Shown here: piece after piece, positions 12,728-25,270 of the stretch
How the letters are laid out: every line of letters starts with the position of its first letter
Numbering within the stretch: the first letter of the stretch is position 1
Translations under genes and position numbers: made by a program
Notes under the pieces: generated by a model
Databases searched by the model: none
The model's input: only the letters and a program-made list of their open reading frames with translations
Told to the model about the DNA's origin: nothing
Assembly: GCF_963921235.1 (NCBI RefSeq)
Contig: NC_086108.1
Span: 92,940,001-93,004,000, forward strand
Source of the DNA: Mobula hypostoma
Taxonomy: Eukaryota
DNA: 64,000 nt
Direction of reading: 5' to 3'

Positions 12728-14490
12728 GAGTGCTTTCCCAGCATATATGATGAATAAACTCTTCTTGGACTTCCAGCCTGGTATAAGTATCAATTAAAAC
12801 TGATGTTTCAATGATAGTTCTCCATCTTCCTCAGGGATGATGCCTGAACATATCTAGTCTGGAGGTATTCATACCCCATAATCTGTCTCCCATTCCCCCC
12901 CCCCCCGGATTGGTTAGTCCTCATCCAATCAGATTTCCACTGTCCCACTTTGTAATCGAATTCCAGTTCTTACTTAGAGCAAGCCTTTGTCTTTATTAAA
13001 ATTGTTTTCCTCTGGTTTTATTTCAATTGCTTCCTTCATCAGGCAGCCCCAAAAGCAATTGACGTGGCACAGTAGTTTTGTGTCATTGAAGTCAATCCTA
13101 TGGCCATTGCGAATACAATATTCTGCTACCATCGATTTCTCTGGGTAACCCAAACGGATACACCTCCTGTGCTCCTTGATGCGGGTTTCCACCGTGCGTC
13201 CCGTCTGGCTAACATACTCTACTCCGCATTCACAGGGAATCCTGTAAACACCAGCCCAGCTGAGTCCCAGCTCATCTTTGACCCACATAAGCTGCGACTT
13301 GAGCTTCCTTACGGTTTGTGAATGTTATTAATCTGGAACTTCTTCAGGATCCTGGTGATCCTTCCAGAAACCATGGGAATATAGGGAAGACAGGTGGGTT
13401 CCTCCTCGTTGTTAGGTTTCCTGGTTTTTCAGTCAGCCCCTTTAAGAGCCCAATTGATTTCATTCACCTTGTAGCCATTCTGTAGGAATATCATGCATAA
13501 GTGTTTTATTTCTTTAGGGAGGCTCTCTGGGTCCAAAATAGTTTTCATACTGTTAAAGTAGAAAGAACCGCTCTACATTGGGAGGCATGATGGCAACTGT
13601 TATTGTTTGTTGAGGTACGAGTCCATGTGAGTGGGTTTCCAAAAAAATGCCGTGTCCGAGGCTATTGTCCGGTTTCCGTTTTATTACAATGTGGAGGCAA
13701 CCATTCTTCTCCATCTCAATCGTCAATTCAATGTTTGGATGTATGCTGCTCCGATGGTGGAGTGCCTGGAGTCCACGAGCCCACACTGTGAAGGTGTCAT
13801 CAATGTATCTGAAAAAGTATTTGGGGCGCAAGGGGAATGAACTCAGAGCCCTCTCCTCAAAGTCCTCCATGTAGAAATTAGCAATCAACGGTGACAAGGT
13901 GACACGGTCACTCTGTCCCTTTGTTCATTGTAGTTCCCTTTATAGAGGAAGTACGTCAATGTAAGGGTGTGTTCAAACCTTATCAACCCTTGACTGTAGG
14001 AGGACTAAGCTGTCGGTAATGGGAACTCTCGTGAACAGGGACACCACATTGAAACTGACCATTATGTCCTCCAGGTTCAGCTGAATATTTGTTACCGTTT
14101 TAATAAAGTCCGTTGAATTTGTGATTTGTTGCTCAAAGCCCCCAACAAAGGGAGACAGGATGGACATTAAATGCTTAGTGAGGTAGTCAGTCGGAGAACC
14201 TATTCCACTGATGATAGGCCTCCGGGGGAACCCTCCTTGTGCATCTTAGGGAGCCCGTAAAGCCTTGATGGTACAGGTGCCAGAGGCAGAAGCGTCTTGC
14301 ATATGTCTGCTGGCAATCCGGATTTCTTCCGTAAAGCAGAAGTCATCCTTACAATTGAATCCATGGGATCCCGCTGTAGAACTCTGAAGGCGGGATCACC
14401 TAGAATCTGTTGGCCTTTCCTGTGGTATTCCTTCGAGGACATCAGGACCACTGCATTTCTTTTGTCCACTGGTAAAATCATGAAGGCCGG
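12728..14490 (-). mobile_element. Penelope-like retroelement (RT + GIY-YIG endonuclease), frameshifted
   Basis: ILPVDKRNAVV, RLYGLPKMHK, VSFNVVSLFTRVP, SPLIANFYMEDFE, FFRYIDDTF and AGVYRIPCECGVEYVSQTGRTVETRIKEH. Decayed hammerhead CUGAGGA..GAAACAUC at about 12800-12836. Confidence 0.93.
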
Positions 14491-15227
14491 GCTTCGCCAT
14501 AGAGGGCGTAGACCCAGCGAGTTTCCCCGAGGAAGTAAGATGATTATGCATGATGTTTAGCACAAGCACGTCACAAAGTAGGTTATTCACAGTGACGATT
14601 AGATCTCCTGCAGTCATGGACATATGTTCAGAGGGATGCAAGCAGAGATCTGTTGGAACAATAGGCGAAGACTTGGAGCATCAGAACACACTCAAGAATT
14701 CCAAGACAGAGGTGGAGTTGGATATGGGATATAAGTCTGCAAAGACAAGGGCCTTGGAAAAAAAAACTGTTGTGAGACAGGATGGTGAGAACAAGTGGTG
14801 GACAGGTGAGGGTAGCTAGTGGGCCTCATACCCCACTGAGATAGAGGCATGCCTGTTCTAGCAGGCAAAGTCAGCAAAGCCGGACTGGGAGGATGAGACC
14901 CGGTTCTGCAATCCTCCAGAGGGCATGGCGAGGCACAGAAGATGTCATGATCATCCAGTGCATCCAAGGAATGGCGAGGACGAATGCTTGGCAAAAGACA
15001 AAAGGAAAGTTAACCACTCCAAATGTTAAAAAGCCTGAGGAGGTAGAAAAGGAAACTAGGTGGCAAACTGCTTTGCGGGGACAGGATCAAGTGCGTCAGA
15101 AGTGGGTCACATGGAAAGCCTACGAAACTAAAAGAAGATTCTAAAGGAAAAAGGTGACAAAGGAGACTAAGAACAGGAAAGGTGTCCAAGCAAATGCACA
15201 CATCAAGACAAAACATTCACAACCTAC

Positions 15228-15274
15228 TGGCAGTGATGGGGGCGGATGGGGCAGCCCATGTAGGAGCAGTAGTG
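15228..15274 (-). CDS. Putative coding exon 2 of unidentified minus-strand gene (HYCSYMGCPIRPHHC)
   Basis: Minus strand reads ttcgggtttgttttcag|CACTAC...CACTGCCA|gtaggt. 47 nt, starting in phase 0 and ending in phase 2, linking exon 1 to exon 3 in frame. Confidence 0.6.
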
Positions 15275-15528
15275 CTGAAAACAAACCCGAATTTCCTATA
15301 AGTGCCTGCCGGACACTATGGTGAATTCCCCAGTCCTTCTGCAGACTTGTGCATTCCGATCTTTAGCATCAATCTTGCAGAGTTTCAATTGAACATCTTA
15401 TTTGAACAACCATAACTCCAGTAGTGCAGAAATCTCTGCACCATACCCGAGTACTCCAGATCTCTGTACTCAGGTCTCCAACTCCCCAGACTTGTCTCCT
15501 AGAGTACAACCCACCAAAACTCCCACTA

Positions 15529-16029
15529 CGAGGGGTGATTGATAAGTTCATGGCCCAAGGTAGAAGGAGTCAATTTTGGAAAACCTAGCACATTTATTTT
15601 TCAACATAGTCCCCTCCTACATTTACACACTTAATCCAGCGGTCGTGGAGCATACGGATCCCTTCTTTGTAGAAGTCGGCGTCTTGGACCTCCAGAAAGT
15701 GGTCCACAGCAGGGGTGATTGATAAGTTCGTGGCCTAAGGTAGAAGGAGATGAGCTATTAACTTCAAACTTTCTGCATAATCACTCAAAGAGTTGAACTG
15801 TAGATGCATGCAATCAGAGCTGTATAACTCATCTCCTTTTTCCTTAGGCCACAAACTTATCAATCACCCCAGCTGTGGGCCACTTCTACAAAGAAGGGAT
15901 CCGTATGCTCCACGACCGCTGGACTAAGTGTGTAAATGTAGGAGGGGCCGATGTTGAAAAATAAATGTGCTAGGTTTTCTAAAATTGGCTCCTTCTAACT
16001 TAGGCCATGAACTTATCAATCACCCCTCG
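15529..16029. mobile_element. Palindromic mariner-derived MITE
   Basis: TA flanks at 15527-28 and 16030-31. TIR cgaggggtgattgataagttc, with roughly 150-bp inverted arms. The right arm encodes the mariner transposase C-terminus FYKEGIRMLHDRWTKCVNVGGADVEK*. Confidence 0.92.
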
Positions 16030-16676
16030 TATTTCAGAATCAGACCTTATTCATGATGAAAAAAATACAAACAAATATTGCAAAAGCCCTTTATATTCTT
16101 TGTCAGCATATTGTATAATGTAAACTTTAGAGAGAGGGGAAAGAACAGAAGAAATTCAGCACCTCCCTGTTGACCATTACCAATTTTATTGATGCACAGT
16201 GGAAAGCATCCTATCCAGATGCATCATGGCTTGGTACGGCAACTGTTCTACATATGATCCCAAGAAATTGCAGTTGCAGAATTGTGGCCACAACTGAGCA
16301 TGTCATGGCAACCAGCCTCTCCTCCAAGCACTTTGTCTATCTATACTTCTCTTTTTTTTTTGTAATTTATTTTTTATTGAATTTCATCATCAAACAACTA
16401 CTTCTCATTGCCTCAGTGAAGCAGCCAGCATAATCAAAGACCCCACACCCACCCTAGGCATTCTCTCTTCTCCCCACTCCTGAAGGGCAGAAGATGCAAA
16501 AAGCCTAGCAGTACCAGGTTCGAGGACAGATGAGAAAGCCTGCAGATGCTGGAAATCCAAAGCAACCCATACAAAATGCCAGAGGACCTCAGCAGCTTGG
16601 GTAGCATCCATGGAAAGGAGTACAGAGTTGATGTTTCTCACCTAGATCCTTCTCCAGGACTGAGGCAGAAGGGTCT

Positions 16677-16714
16677 TGGTCCTGATGAAGGAGCTCGGCC
16701 CGAAACGTCGACTG
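16677..16714 (+). ncRNA. Minimal hammerhead motif in an inverted pair of Penelope terminal repeats (about 16525-16770)
   Basis: tggtc-ctgatga-aggagctcggccc-gaaa-cgtc-gactg. Core intact, with one stem II mismatch. Confidence 0.65.
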
Positions 16715-17219
16715 TTTACTCTTTTTCATAGATACTGCCTGAGCTACTGGGGTTCTATGTGTGTTGCTTTAGGTTTAAGGACTGCTTCTACAGATTGTTT
16801 TAGAGTATTAAATGGCCCCTTGGTCCATTACGATGGACTGGATCTCACCATCTCTCCCCTTGATCTCACAATCTCTCATTATGATCTTGCATATTGTTTA
16901 TCCTGCACTTCCTCTGTTGTTTCTACACTTTTCTCTACTTTAGTCCTATCCGTGTAATGATTTGATCTGTATAAACAGTATGCAAGACAAGCTTTACACT
17001 GTATCGCAATCAATAATAATAATGCACTATTGCTATCCCATGACCCCAATGAGGCGATACCTTTTTCATTGTTCGACCCACCAAGACTATCGACGTTTTG
17101 GGCAGTGGAGACCCCCTCATGCTCCACCCGGCACCTTTTACGTGGCAAGCCTAGACCAGGGCAAATGAGCCATTAAAATCCAAGTGCAATATAAGGAATT
17201 ACATGTGATAGATTCCTGT

Positions 17220-18025
17220 AACAGGCGCTGCTAATAGCTGAGAGCCGATGGTTCGAGTTCTTGTTTGCTTTGGTAAGTAAAACATCCTTAAAAAGCCAGC
17301 GGTTTCAGCCCCCGCCAGGCTTTCAGAGTTTCCGTTCCAAGCCGAACCTATTGCTGAGCGAAAGAGCTATATATCTTTGGCCCCTTAGTTACGGATCTCT
17401 CTAAGTGAGCACAGCTTGAATTAAATAAACATTATACGAATAAACAAACATTTTCTGCAGAAGTAGAAAAGACAAATGACGGAACGCCCACAGTGGTTGT
17501 GATTAACTCGCCGTGGGCCAGCGCCCCTCATTAAAGCACACACTTGACCGTATAATCGGCTTTTCACCCACTCGCCTCTCCTCCAGGGCGGCCCCGAGCT
17601 CATTAAAACAAAGACCAAGAGAAATCCTGACCCCCCCGAACCTGCTGCAGTTCAATAGTGTATCCTGGGATCCGAAATCAGTTCCAGCGGCGGGGACTCG
17701 CCCTTCGCAATTAAATTGAGTTTAAGAACATGATTTAGCTATCACTTCGCTCCCGGTTTGTGCCGGCTTAAGACACTGAGATAATAAGCAAACTCTGGAA
17801 CAAAGAAGCGGGGCTCGATGAGGAGGGTCCCTGCCAACAATTCGGGTCATACTCACCTCGTACTGGCCACAGCAGGACATCCCGAGGCCCAGGAAGGTTT
17901 GAGCAGCAGCTGTCAATCCCAATTAGCGACAGAGCGAGTGAAGTTTCTCCTAAACTTGCTGTTGCTGTTTCCGCCGCCACTGCCCCTGCTCACCTGCACG
18001 GCAGGGGGCGATGGTGAGCTCAACG
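17220..18025 (-). promoter_or_regulatory. CpG-enriched promoter / first-exon region
   Basis: Unique sequence with conspicuously retained CpGs against a CpG-depleted background. GC-box-like motifs, a CTCF-like cacggcagggggcga at about 17997-18011, and a strong GAG|gtgagt donor. Confidence 0.65.
17857..17880 (-). CDS. Putative first coding exon of unidentified gene (MSCCGQYE)
   Basis: Minus strand reads ctcgggATGTCCTGCTGTGGCCAGTACGAG|gtgagtat. Purine at -3, consensus donor, inside the CpG-rich region. Confidence 0.62.
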
Positions 18026-18271
18026 AGCTTCTACCCACCTTCACCACCTGGAGTACAAAGTACCACATGGAACACCCCATCTACAATCCATTGCTACTCC
18101 TTTCACACACCAGCAGGCAAACCAACCAATTCCTGTCGGTTTGCAGACACAGTTCTTTTGATTACATTGTTGATTCCTTGTATAAGGAATGAATAATAAA
18201 CTAATCGCAATGAAGTTTAGATTCATTGACAGAAGGTTTTGGAATTGGGATTGGTATATTATTATCGTCAC

Positions 18272-18306
<35 letters not shown>

Positions 18307-18374
18307 AATAACGTTTGTTAAAGACTGCAGTCTCATGACATAGAGACCCTTCCCACCCTATTCATTATATGTAT

Positions 18375-19015
18375 ATCATATAGAATCATTTACAATAGTA
18401 CAGCACAGTACAGGCCCATCGGCCCACAATGTTGTGCTGACCCTCAAACCCTGCCTCCCATATAATCCCCCACCTTAAATACCTCCAGATACCTGTCTAG
18501 TAGTCGCTTAAACTTCACAAGTGTATCTGCCTCCACCACTGACTCAGGCAGTGCATTCCACACACCAACCACTCTCTGAGTAAAAAAAACTTCCTCTAAT
18601 ATCCCCCTTGAACTTCCCACCCCTTACCTTAAAGCCATGTCCTCTTGTATTGAACAATGTTGCCCTGGGGAAGAGTTGCTGGCTGTCCGCTCTATCTATT
18701 CCTCTTAGTATCTTATACACCTCCATCATGTCTCCTCTCATCCTCCTCCTCTCCAAATAGTAAAGCCCTAGCTCCCTTAATCTCTGATCATAATGCATAC
18801 TCTCTAAACCAAGCAGCATCCTGGTAAATCTTCTCTGTACCCTTTCCAATGCTTCCACATCCTTCCTATAGTGAGGCGACCAGAACTGGACACAGTACTC
18901 CAAATGTGGCCTAACCAGACTTTGATAGAGCTGCTTCATTACATCGTGACTCTTAAACTCTATCCCTCGACTTATGAAAGCTAACACCCCATAAGCTTTC
19001 TTAACTACCCTATCA
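18375..19015 (-). mobile_element. CR1-clade LINE 3' end
   Basis: ORF 18544..19032, LYQSLVRPHLEYCVQFWSPHYRKDVEALERVQRRFTRM. Confidence 0.92.
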
Positions 19016-19599
19016 TCGGGGGAAGTTACCACTGGGGATGAGACAGCGCTGAAGGGGATGGGGAAGGGGATCAGTCAACTATGTTGGTAGTTGACCACTT
19101 CTTGCTCAAAAGGATTGAAGGCTAGTTATGATTGGACATGTGTTTAAGGTCACCAAGAATATTGTCAGCGATGGAGCTGAGCTGGCATGCACAGCAAAGG
19201 TGGAGATAAATAAATACTTCAAGAGTTTTTGAGAAATTGAGGGTAAAGGGTAATGGGAACAGAAGGACAATTAAGGCCACTATTGATTAGTATTGAACAT
19301 ATTGAACTGCAGCCTCAATGTGGCCTACCCCAGCTAATATTTTCTCATGCTATTGTGTGCACAGACGCCCTTTATCTTGTTCTGGAAACTGTCGGCACAT
19401 TAGCACCATTTAAAAGGTACTTGGACAGGTGCATGGATAGTAAAGGTCCTAACATGGGCAATTAGAACTAGTTTAGATGGAAATCTTGGTTGGCATGGAC
19501 CAGTGGGGCCGAATCTACAAATCAATGAATATACTGCCCTTCTAACTCTGTGCACCTTATTTGGTAAATTGATTAATTATTATTGTTGTGTCCAATCAG

Positions 19600-20045
19600 A
19601 GGTAACTCACTCACCTTTGGTCCCCTCCGGACACTCAGCTCTCACCTGTGACTCCAAGTAGCTGTTTGCATGCGACAGCGGCCACTCCCTGGTACACCAT
19701 TACCACAGACAGGCTAGACCAGGTGAGGGTAGCCGGCGGCCTTGTACCCTGGTGAGACAGGGACGTGCAAAGTCAGCTTCGGCAAACTGGTTGGACGAGA
19801 CCTACAGTGAGATCCAACAGTCAGGAAGGCAGCGCTGCAGTGCTCCACAGAGTGCAAAGGGCATGTCAAGGTCATGGTCATCCACTGCAACCAAGGGAGA
19901 CCCCGGTTTGTGACGCTTGCTTTTACCACTGGGCTTGGACTTCTGACGTGAAGAGTGCGGGACTGTGCCAATGCAACGGGTTTTCCACTTTAAAAACTCT
20001 TCCGCACAGGTTTCCTGTCATTGTCCAATATGATGAACAACGACC
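19600..20045 (+). mobile_element. Non-autonomous retroelement (RTE-tail SINE-like); related pieces at about 14800-14970 (+) and 55626-55765 (-)
   Basis: Shares caggtgagggtagc..aagtcagc with about 14803-14875. Shares the 3' tail cactttaaa..cacaggtttcctgtcattgtc with the reverse complement of about 55630-55690. Confidence 0.55.
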
Positions 20046-20299
20046 GTACATTGTAACATGTACTGAGATAGAGTGAAAAACTTTGGTCTGCGTGCAATCC
20101 ATAAAATGATACAGTTACAGAAGAAGTGTACTGCAGGCAGACAATGAAGTGCAAGGTCACCACAGGGTAAATTGTGACATCAAGAGTGCATCTTATAGTT
20201 CCAGGGGACCTTCAATAGTCTTATAACAGCAGGGTAAATATTCTGGATCGCCACCTGCTCTGTGTCACCTATGTGCACTAGACTGTCGACATCAGAAGC

Positions 20300-21800
20300 A
20301 CAGAAACATAGAAAACCTACAGAACAATACAGGCCCTTCAGCCCACAAAGCTGTGTCGAACATGTCCTTACCTTAGAAATTACTTAGGGTTACCTATAGC
20401 CCTCCTATTTTTCTGAGCTCTATGTAACTGTCCAGGAGTCTCTTAAAAGACTCTATCATGTCCGTCTCCACCACCGTCACCAGCAGCCCATTCCAAGCAC
20501 TCCCCACTCTCTGCGTAAAAAAAACTTACAACCGACATCTCCTCTGTACCTACTTACGAGCACCTTATGACTGTGCCCTCTCGTGCTAGCCATTTCAGCT
20601 CTGGGAAAAGGCCTTTGACTATCCCCATGATCAATGTCTCTCATCATCTTATACACCTCTACCAGGTCACTTCTCATCCTCCATTCCTCCAAGGAGAAAA
20701 GGCCGAGTTCACTCAACCTAATCTCATAAGGCATGCTCCCCAAACCAGGCAACATCCTTGTAAATCTCCTCTGCACCCTTTCTATGGTTTCCACATCCTT
20801 CCTGTAGTGAGGCGTACAGAACTGAGCACAGTACTCCAAGTGGGGTCTGACCAGGGTCCTATATAGCTGCAACATTACCTCTCGGCTCTTAAGCTCAATC
20901 CCACGATTGATGAAAGACAGTGTATGCTTTCTTAACCACAGAGTCAACCTGCGCAGCAGCTTTGAATGTCCTACGGACTCGGACCCCAAGATCCCTCTGA
21001 TCCTTCACACTGCCACGGATCTTACCATTATTACTATATTCTGTCATCATATTTGACCTACCAAAATGAACCACCTCACACTTACCTGAGTTGAACACCA
21101 TCTGCCACTTCTCAGCCCAGTTTTGCATCCTATCAATGTCCCGCTGTAACCTCTGACAGCCCTCCACACTATCCACAACACCTCCAACCTTTGTGTCATC
21201 AACAAATTTACTAACCCATCCCTCCACTTCCTCAATCAGGTCATTTATAAAAATCACGAAGATTAGGGGTCCTAGAACAGATTCCTGAGGCACACCACTG
21301 GTCACCGACCTTCATGCAGACTATGACCCATCTACAACCACTCTTTGCCTTCTGTGGGCAAGCCAGTTCTGGATCCACAAATCAATGTCCCCTTGAATCC
21401 CATGCCTCCTTACTTTCTCAATAAGCCTTGCATGGGATACTTTATCAAATGCCCTGCTGAAATCCATATACACTACATCTACTGCTCTACCTTTATCAAT
21501 GTGTTTAGTCACATCCTCAAAAAATTCAATCAGGCTCGTAAGGTACAACCTGCCTTTGACAAAGCCATGCTGACTATTCCTAATCAAATTATGCCTCTCC
21601 AAATGTTCATAAATCCTGCCCCTCAGGATCTTCTCCATCAACTTTCCAACCACTGAAGTAAGACTCACTGGTCTATAATTTCCTGAGCTATCTCTACTCT
21701 CTTTCTTGAATAAGGGAACAACATCCGCATCCCTCCAATCCTCCGGAACCTCTCCTGTCCCCATTGATGATGCAAAGATCATCTCCAGAGGCTCTACAAC
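20300..21800 (-). mobile_element. CR1-clade LINE, RT domain to 3' tail
   Basis: ORFs 21321..21782 (NYRPVSLTSVVGKLME..QHGF..VVYMDFSRAFDKV), 20895..21305 and 20477..20989. ttctatgt tail. Confidence 0.95.
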
Positions 21801-22352
21801 CTAATTGTTTAGTTGTTTTAATATGGAGGCTAACAACTACCCAGAGTGAATAAACAGAGAACCTCTGCCAACACTCATCAGGTCAGGCAGCTTCCGTGGA
21901 GAGAGATGAAGGGTCTCACGAATGGTCATTGGGCTGAAAAGTTTTCTCTCCACAGGTGTCTGGCCTGCTGAATGGTTACAGTAGTCTTTGCCTTTTTTAG
22001 GCAATCCTGGAGTTTGCCTACTTCCTGTGCTGCAGAGATGGTCCAAAACATGGACATCACTGTTTGATTTTTGTAGTGATGATTAGCTATGCTGGTAATT
22101 CCAGGAATACTTTTCTAGAACATAATTTGCTTGGAAAACTGGAGAGAAAACAAATAAAACAATAAAATAGAAAACATTGGAAGTGCTCAGTAGGTTGGGG
22201 AGAACTGTAGACACAAAAGTGATTTATGTTTTCAGTTGAAGACCTTTCATAGTTAATGACGAGTTTGATTTTTGTCCTGGTGGAACTAGATCTAAAGTAG
22301 GAGAGACAGTTAATTTGAAGTGAGAAGCTTGGAAGCTGCAAAACCTACTGTA

Positions 22353-22914
22353 CACTCAGTGACCAGTTTATTAAGCGCCTCCTATATCTACTAAAGTGGC
22401 CACTGTGTGTATGTTCGTGGTCTTCTGCTGCTGTAGCCCATCCACTTCAGGGTTCGATGTTTGTGTATTCAGAGATGCTCTTCTGCACACCACTGTTGTA
22501 ACGCGTGGTTATTTGAACTACTGTCACCTTACTGTCTGCTTGAACCATTTTGACCATTCTCTGACCTCTATCATTAACAAGATGTTTCACCTACAGAACT
22601 GCCACTCACTGGATGTTGTTTGTTTTTCGCACCATTCTCGGTAAACTCTAGAGAATGTTGTGCGTGAAGATCCCAGGAGATTAGCAGTTCCTGAGACACT
22701 CAAACCACCCCAGCTGGCTCCAACAATCATTCCACAGTCAAAGTCACTTAGATCATATTTCTTCACCATTCTGATGTTTGGACTGAATAACAACTGAACT
22801 TCTTGACTGTGTCTGCATGCTTTTATGCATTGTTGCAACTACACGATTGGCTGATTAGATATTTGTGTTAATGAACAGGTTTATAGGTGTACCTAATAAA
22901 GTGACTACTGAGTG
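22353..22914 (-). mobile_element. Non-autonomous Tc1 element
   Basis: TA-flanked TIRs cactcagtg..tttatt / aataaagtgactactgagtg. Transposase N-terminal HTH remnant in ORF 22587..22838. Confidence 0.88.
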
Positions 22915-22989
22915 TATAAATGGGAAAGGGTAATGGAAGATTAGATTTAAGACACAAGGCTAGCACGAGAGGCACATGTAATTAAAATT

Positions 22990-24150
22990 CTAGAGGTGCA
23001 ATAAAAAAGCCCTTAATGTGCTCTAGTGCTTAGCTGGGTAGTACTGGGGTGTGAATAGGAGGTCACGCAAACAAGTGTATATTGCTTTAATCAGATCGTA
23101 CTTTGATTGTGGATGTGTTGCTTATGGATCAGCCTCACCTGCAGTCCTAAAACCCCTAGATAAAGCTGAAGCTCAAGCATTGAGATTACGTTGTGGTGCT
23201 ATTGAATCGTCCCTAATTTCAGTATTACTGGTAGAAATGGGAGAAGTACCTTTACATCTTCACAGGTTAGAGTTAGTAATGGTTTATTGTGTAATGTAAG
23301 AGAACATAAAGTTGGTCATCCAATATTGACAACATTAGTAGAGTGTTGGGAGCACTGTATTCATAAGGTCTTCAGTGTTGGGTGGATGGGGAATAACCGG
23401 GCACAGAATCTTGGGTTGTTATGGTCCCAGGGTACCCCTTTATTTTGGTCCTCCATGGTTTTCCCTTTGCCTGTGGTTGACTTGGGCGTTCAGGAGAAGA
23501 TCAAGATGAGGAGTGGTTGTTTATCAGTGGCACAGGACGTTCAGCAATATATGCAAGGCAGATATGATGGATTCTTACATATTTACACAGATGGTTCAAA
23601 AGATCCAGTGACAGGTCGTTCAGGTGTTTCTGTTTCTCTTCCAAAGTTTCAGGTGACTATGAAGAAAAGATTATCAGACAAAGTATCAGTAATCACATCT
23701 GAGACGGTTGCTACCATTTTAGCCTTGGAATGTGTCGAAGAATTATGCCCTGATTCTGTGCTCTGATTCATTCTTGGTTTTGACATTTATTAAAACAGTT
23801 ATTTCAAACTGTAGGGCAGACACTGTTCTTGAGATTGGACAACACATGTTGAAGCTGCAGGGTCTAGGCTTGTGTATCCATTTCCTATGGGTACCTGTCC
23901 ATGTTGGGGTTGAAGGAAGTAAGGTGGAAAGCTTTCTAGTCAAGCAATCAATGAAAATTAAGGATGTAGATGTAGTGCTAGCTTTGCATAAGGGGGGAGA
24001 TGGCAATCAGGAAAAGAAAGGACAGCATTTATATAAAATTCAGAGGATGGTGGAACCCAACTGGGAGATGGGTATAAAAGGACGGAAGAAGTTATACTTA
24101 CACATTTACGTATTGGACATATATAATAATTCTTTGTTCAGAATTATTCC
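22990..24150 (+). mobile_element. I-group (Nimb-like) LINE fragment with RNase H domain
   Basis: YIALIRSYFDCGCVAYGSAS..QALRLRCGA, followed by RNase H motifs IYTDGSKD, SETVATILAL, CSDS and FLWVPVHVGVEG. Confidence 0.85.
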
Positions 24151-25270
24151 TTGTTGAATAAATCCTTAAACACAAGGAAATCTGCAGATGCTTGAAATTC
24201 AAGCAACACACCCAAAGTGCCTGTGGACTGACGAATGGTCTCGGCCCGAAACGTCGACTGTGCTTCTTCCTATAGACGCAGCCTGGCCTTTTGAGTTCCT
24301 TCAGCATTTTGAGTAATTCCTTGATCAGAATTAATATGCATGATACAGGCATTTTTAGGGAGTTTTCAAGAAAAGGTCAAGATTAAGATTAATTGTATAT
24401 CCATGGCCCAAGTAGTTCAGTAATACACAGTATGCAAGACAGATATTCTGGCTTCTTATGTATCCATATAGATAGTTCAAAAGCTCCAGTGACAGGTCGA
24501 TCAAGTGTTTCTGGTTATGTACCAAAGTTTCAGATGACCTGGCAGCTGAAGGCATGGTTGCCATAGGTGGGGAAGTTAATTTAAGGATGAGCAAAACTCT
24601 AGGTTCACAGAGGAAGGCAGATGCCAGGACTGGAGGGAATGACAAAGATTTTGAGGAATATTTAGAGTAATCCCATACAAATATTGAGCCACAATTAACA
24701 TTTTTCAGGAACCCCATTATGGCATGGCCATGAAATCCATTGAGAAGGCAGCTTAGTTTCATCAGGATTGTTGCTGGATAGGAGGAGATTTGAGGACTCT
24801 GTTCACTGCAGCAGCAAAACAAAAGAGATTTAATAGAAGGTTTCAGTTTATGAACAGATCCAATAACATTAAGTGGACAATACTACTTCCTCTGTTTGAG
24901 AAACAGTAATAATGGATTATTATTTTAAGACTGTAATTGAGAACCAGGGAGAGATGTAAGGAGATACTTTTTTATCCAAAGGGTGTGTTATTGGCTGAGA
25001 TCATTGAATCCTTTAGCCAGAACAGAGGGACCTCGGAACGTGAGTGCATAGTTCGCTGAAAGATACATCACTATAGGTAGTGAGGTTAAAAAGGCATTTG
25101 GCACGCTGGCCTCTACAAGTCAGGGCATTGAATATAGGGGCTGGAAATTTATGTTGCAATTATATATGATGCTGGTGTGTTGTCTACAGCTTCAGTCAAC
25201 CTGTTATAGTAAAAATATTATTAAACTAGAAATCTGTATTGTCTGTGGTCTCCTAATGAGGAAGACAAGG

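Noticed and set aside
19600..19800. Possible HDV-like ribozyme in the RTE-type leader
   Set aside because: I could not build a convincing nested double pseudoknot by eye, and a covariance search would be needed.
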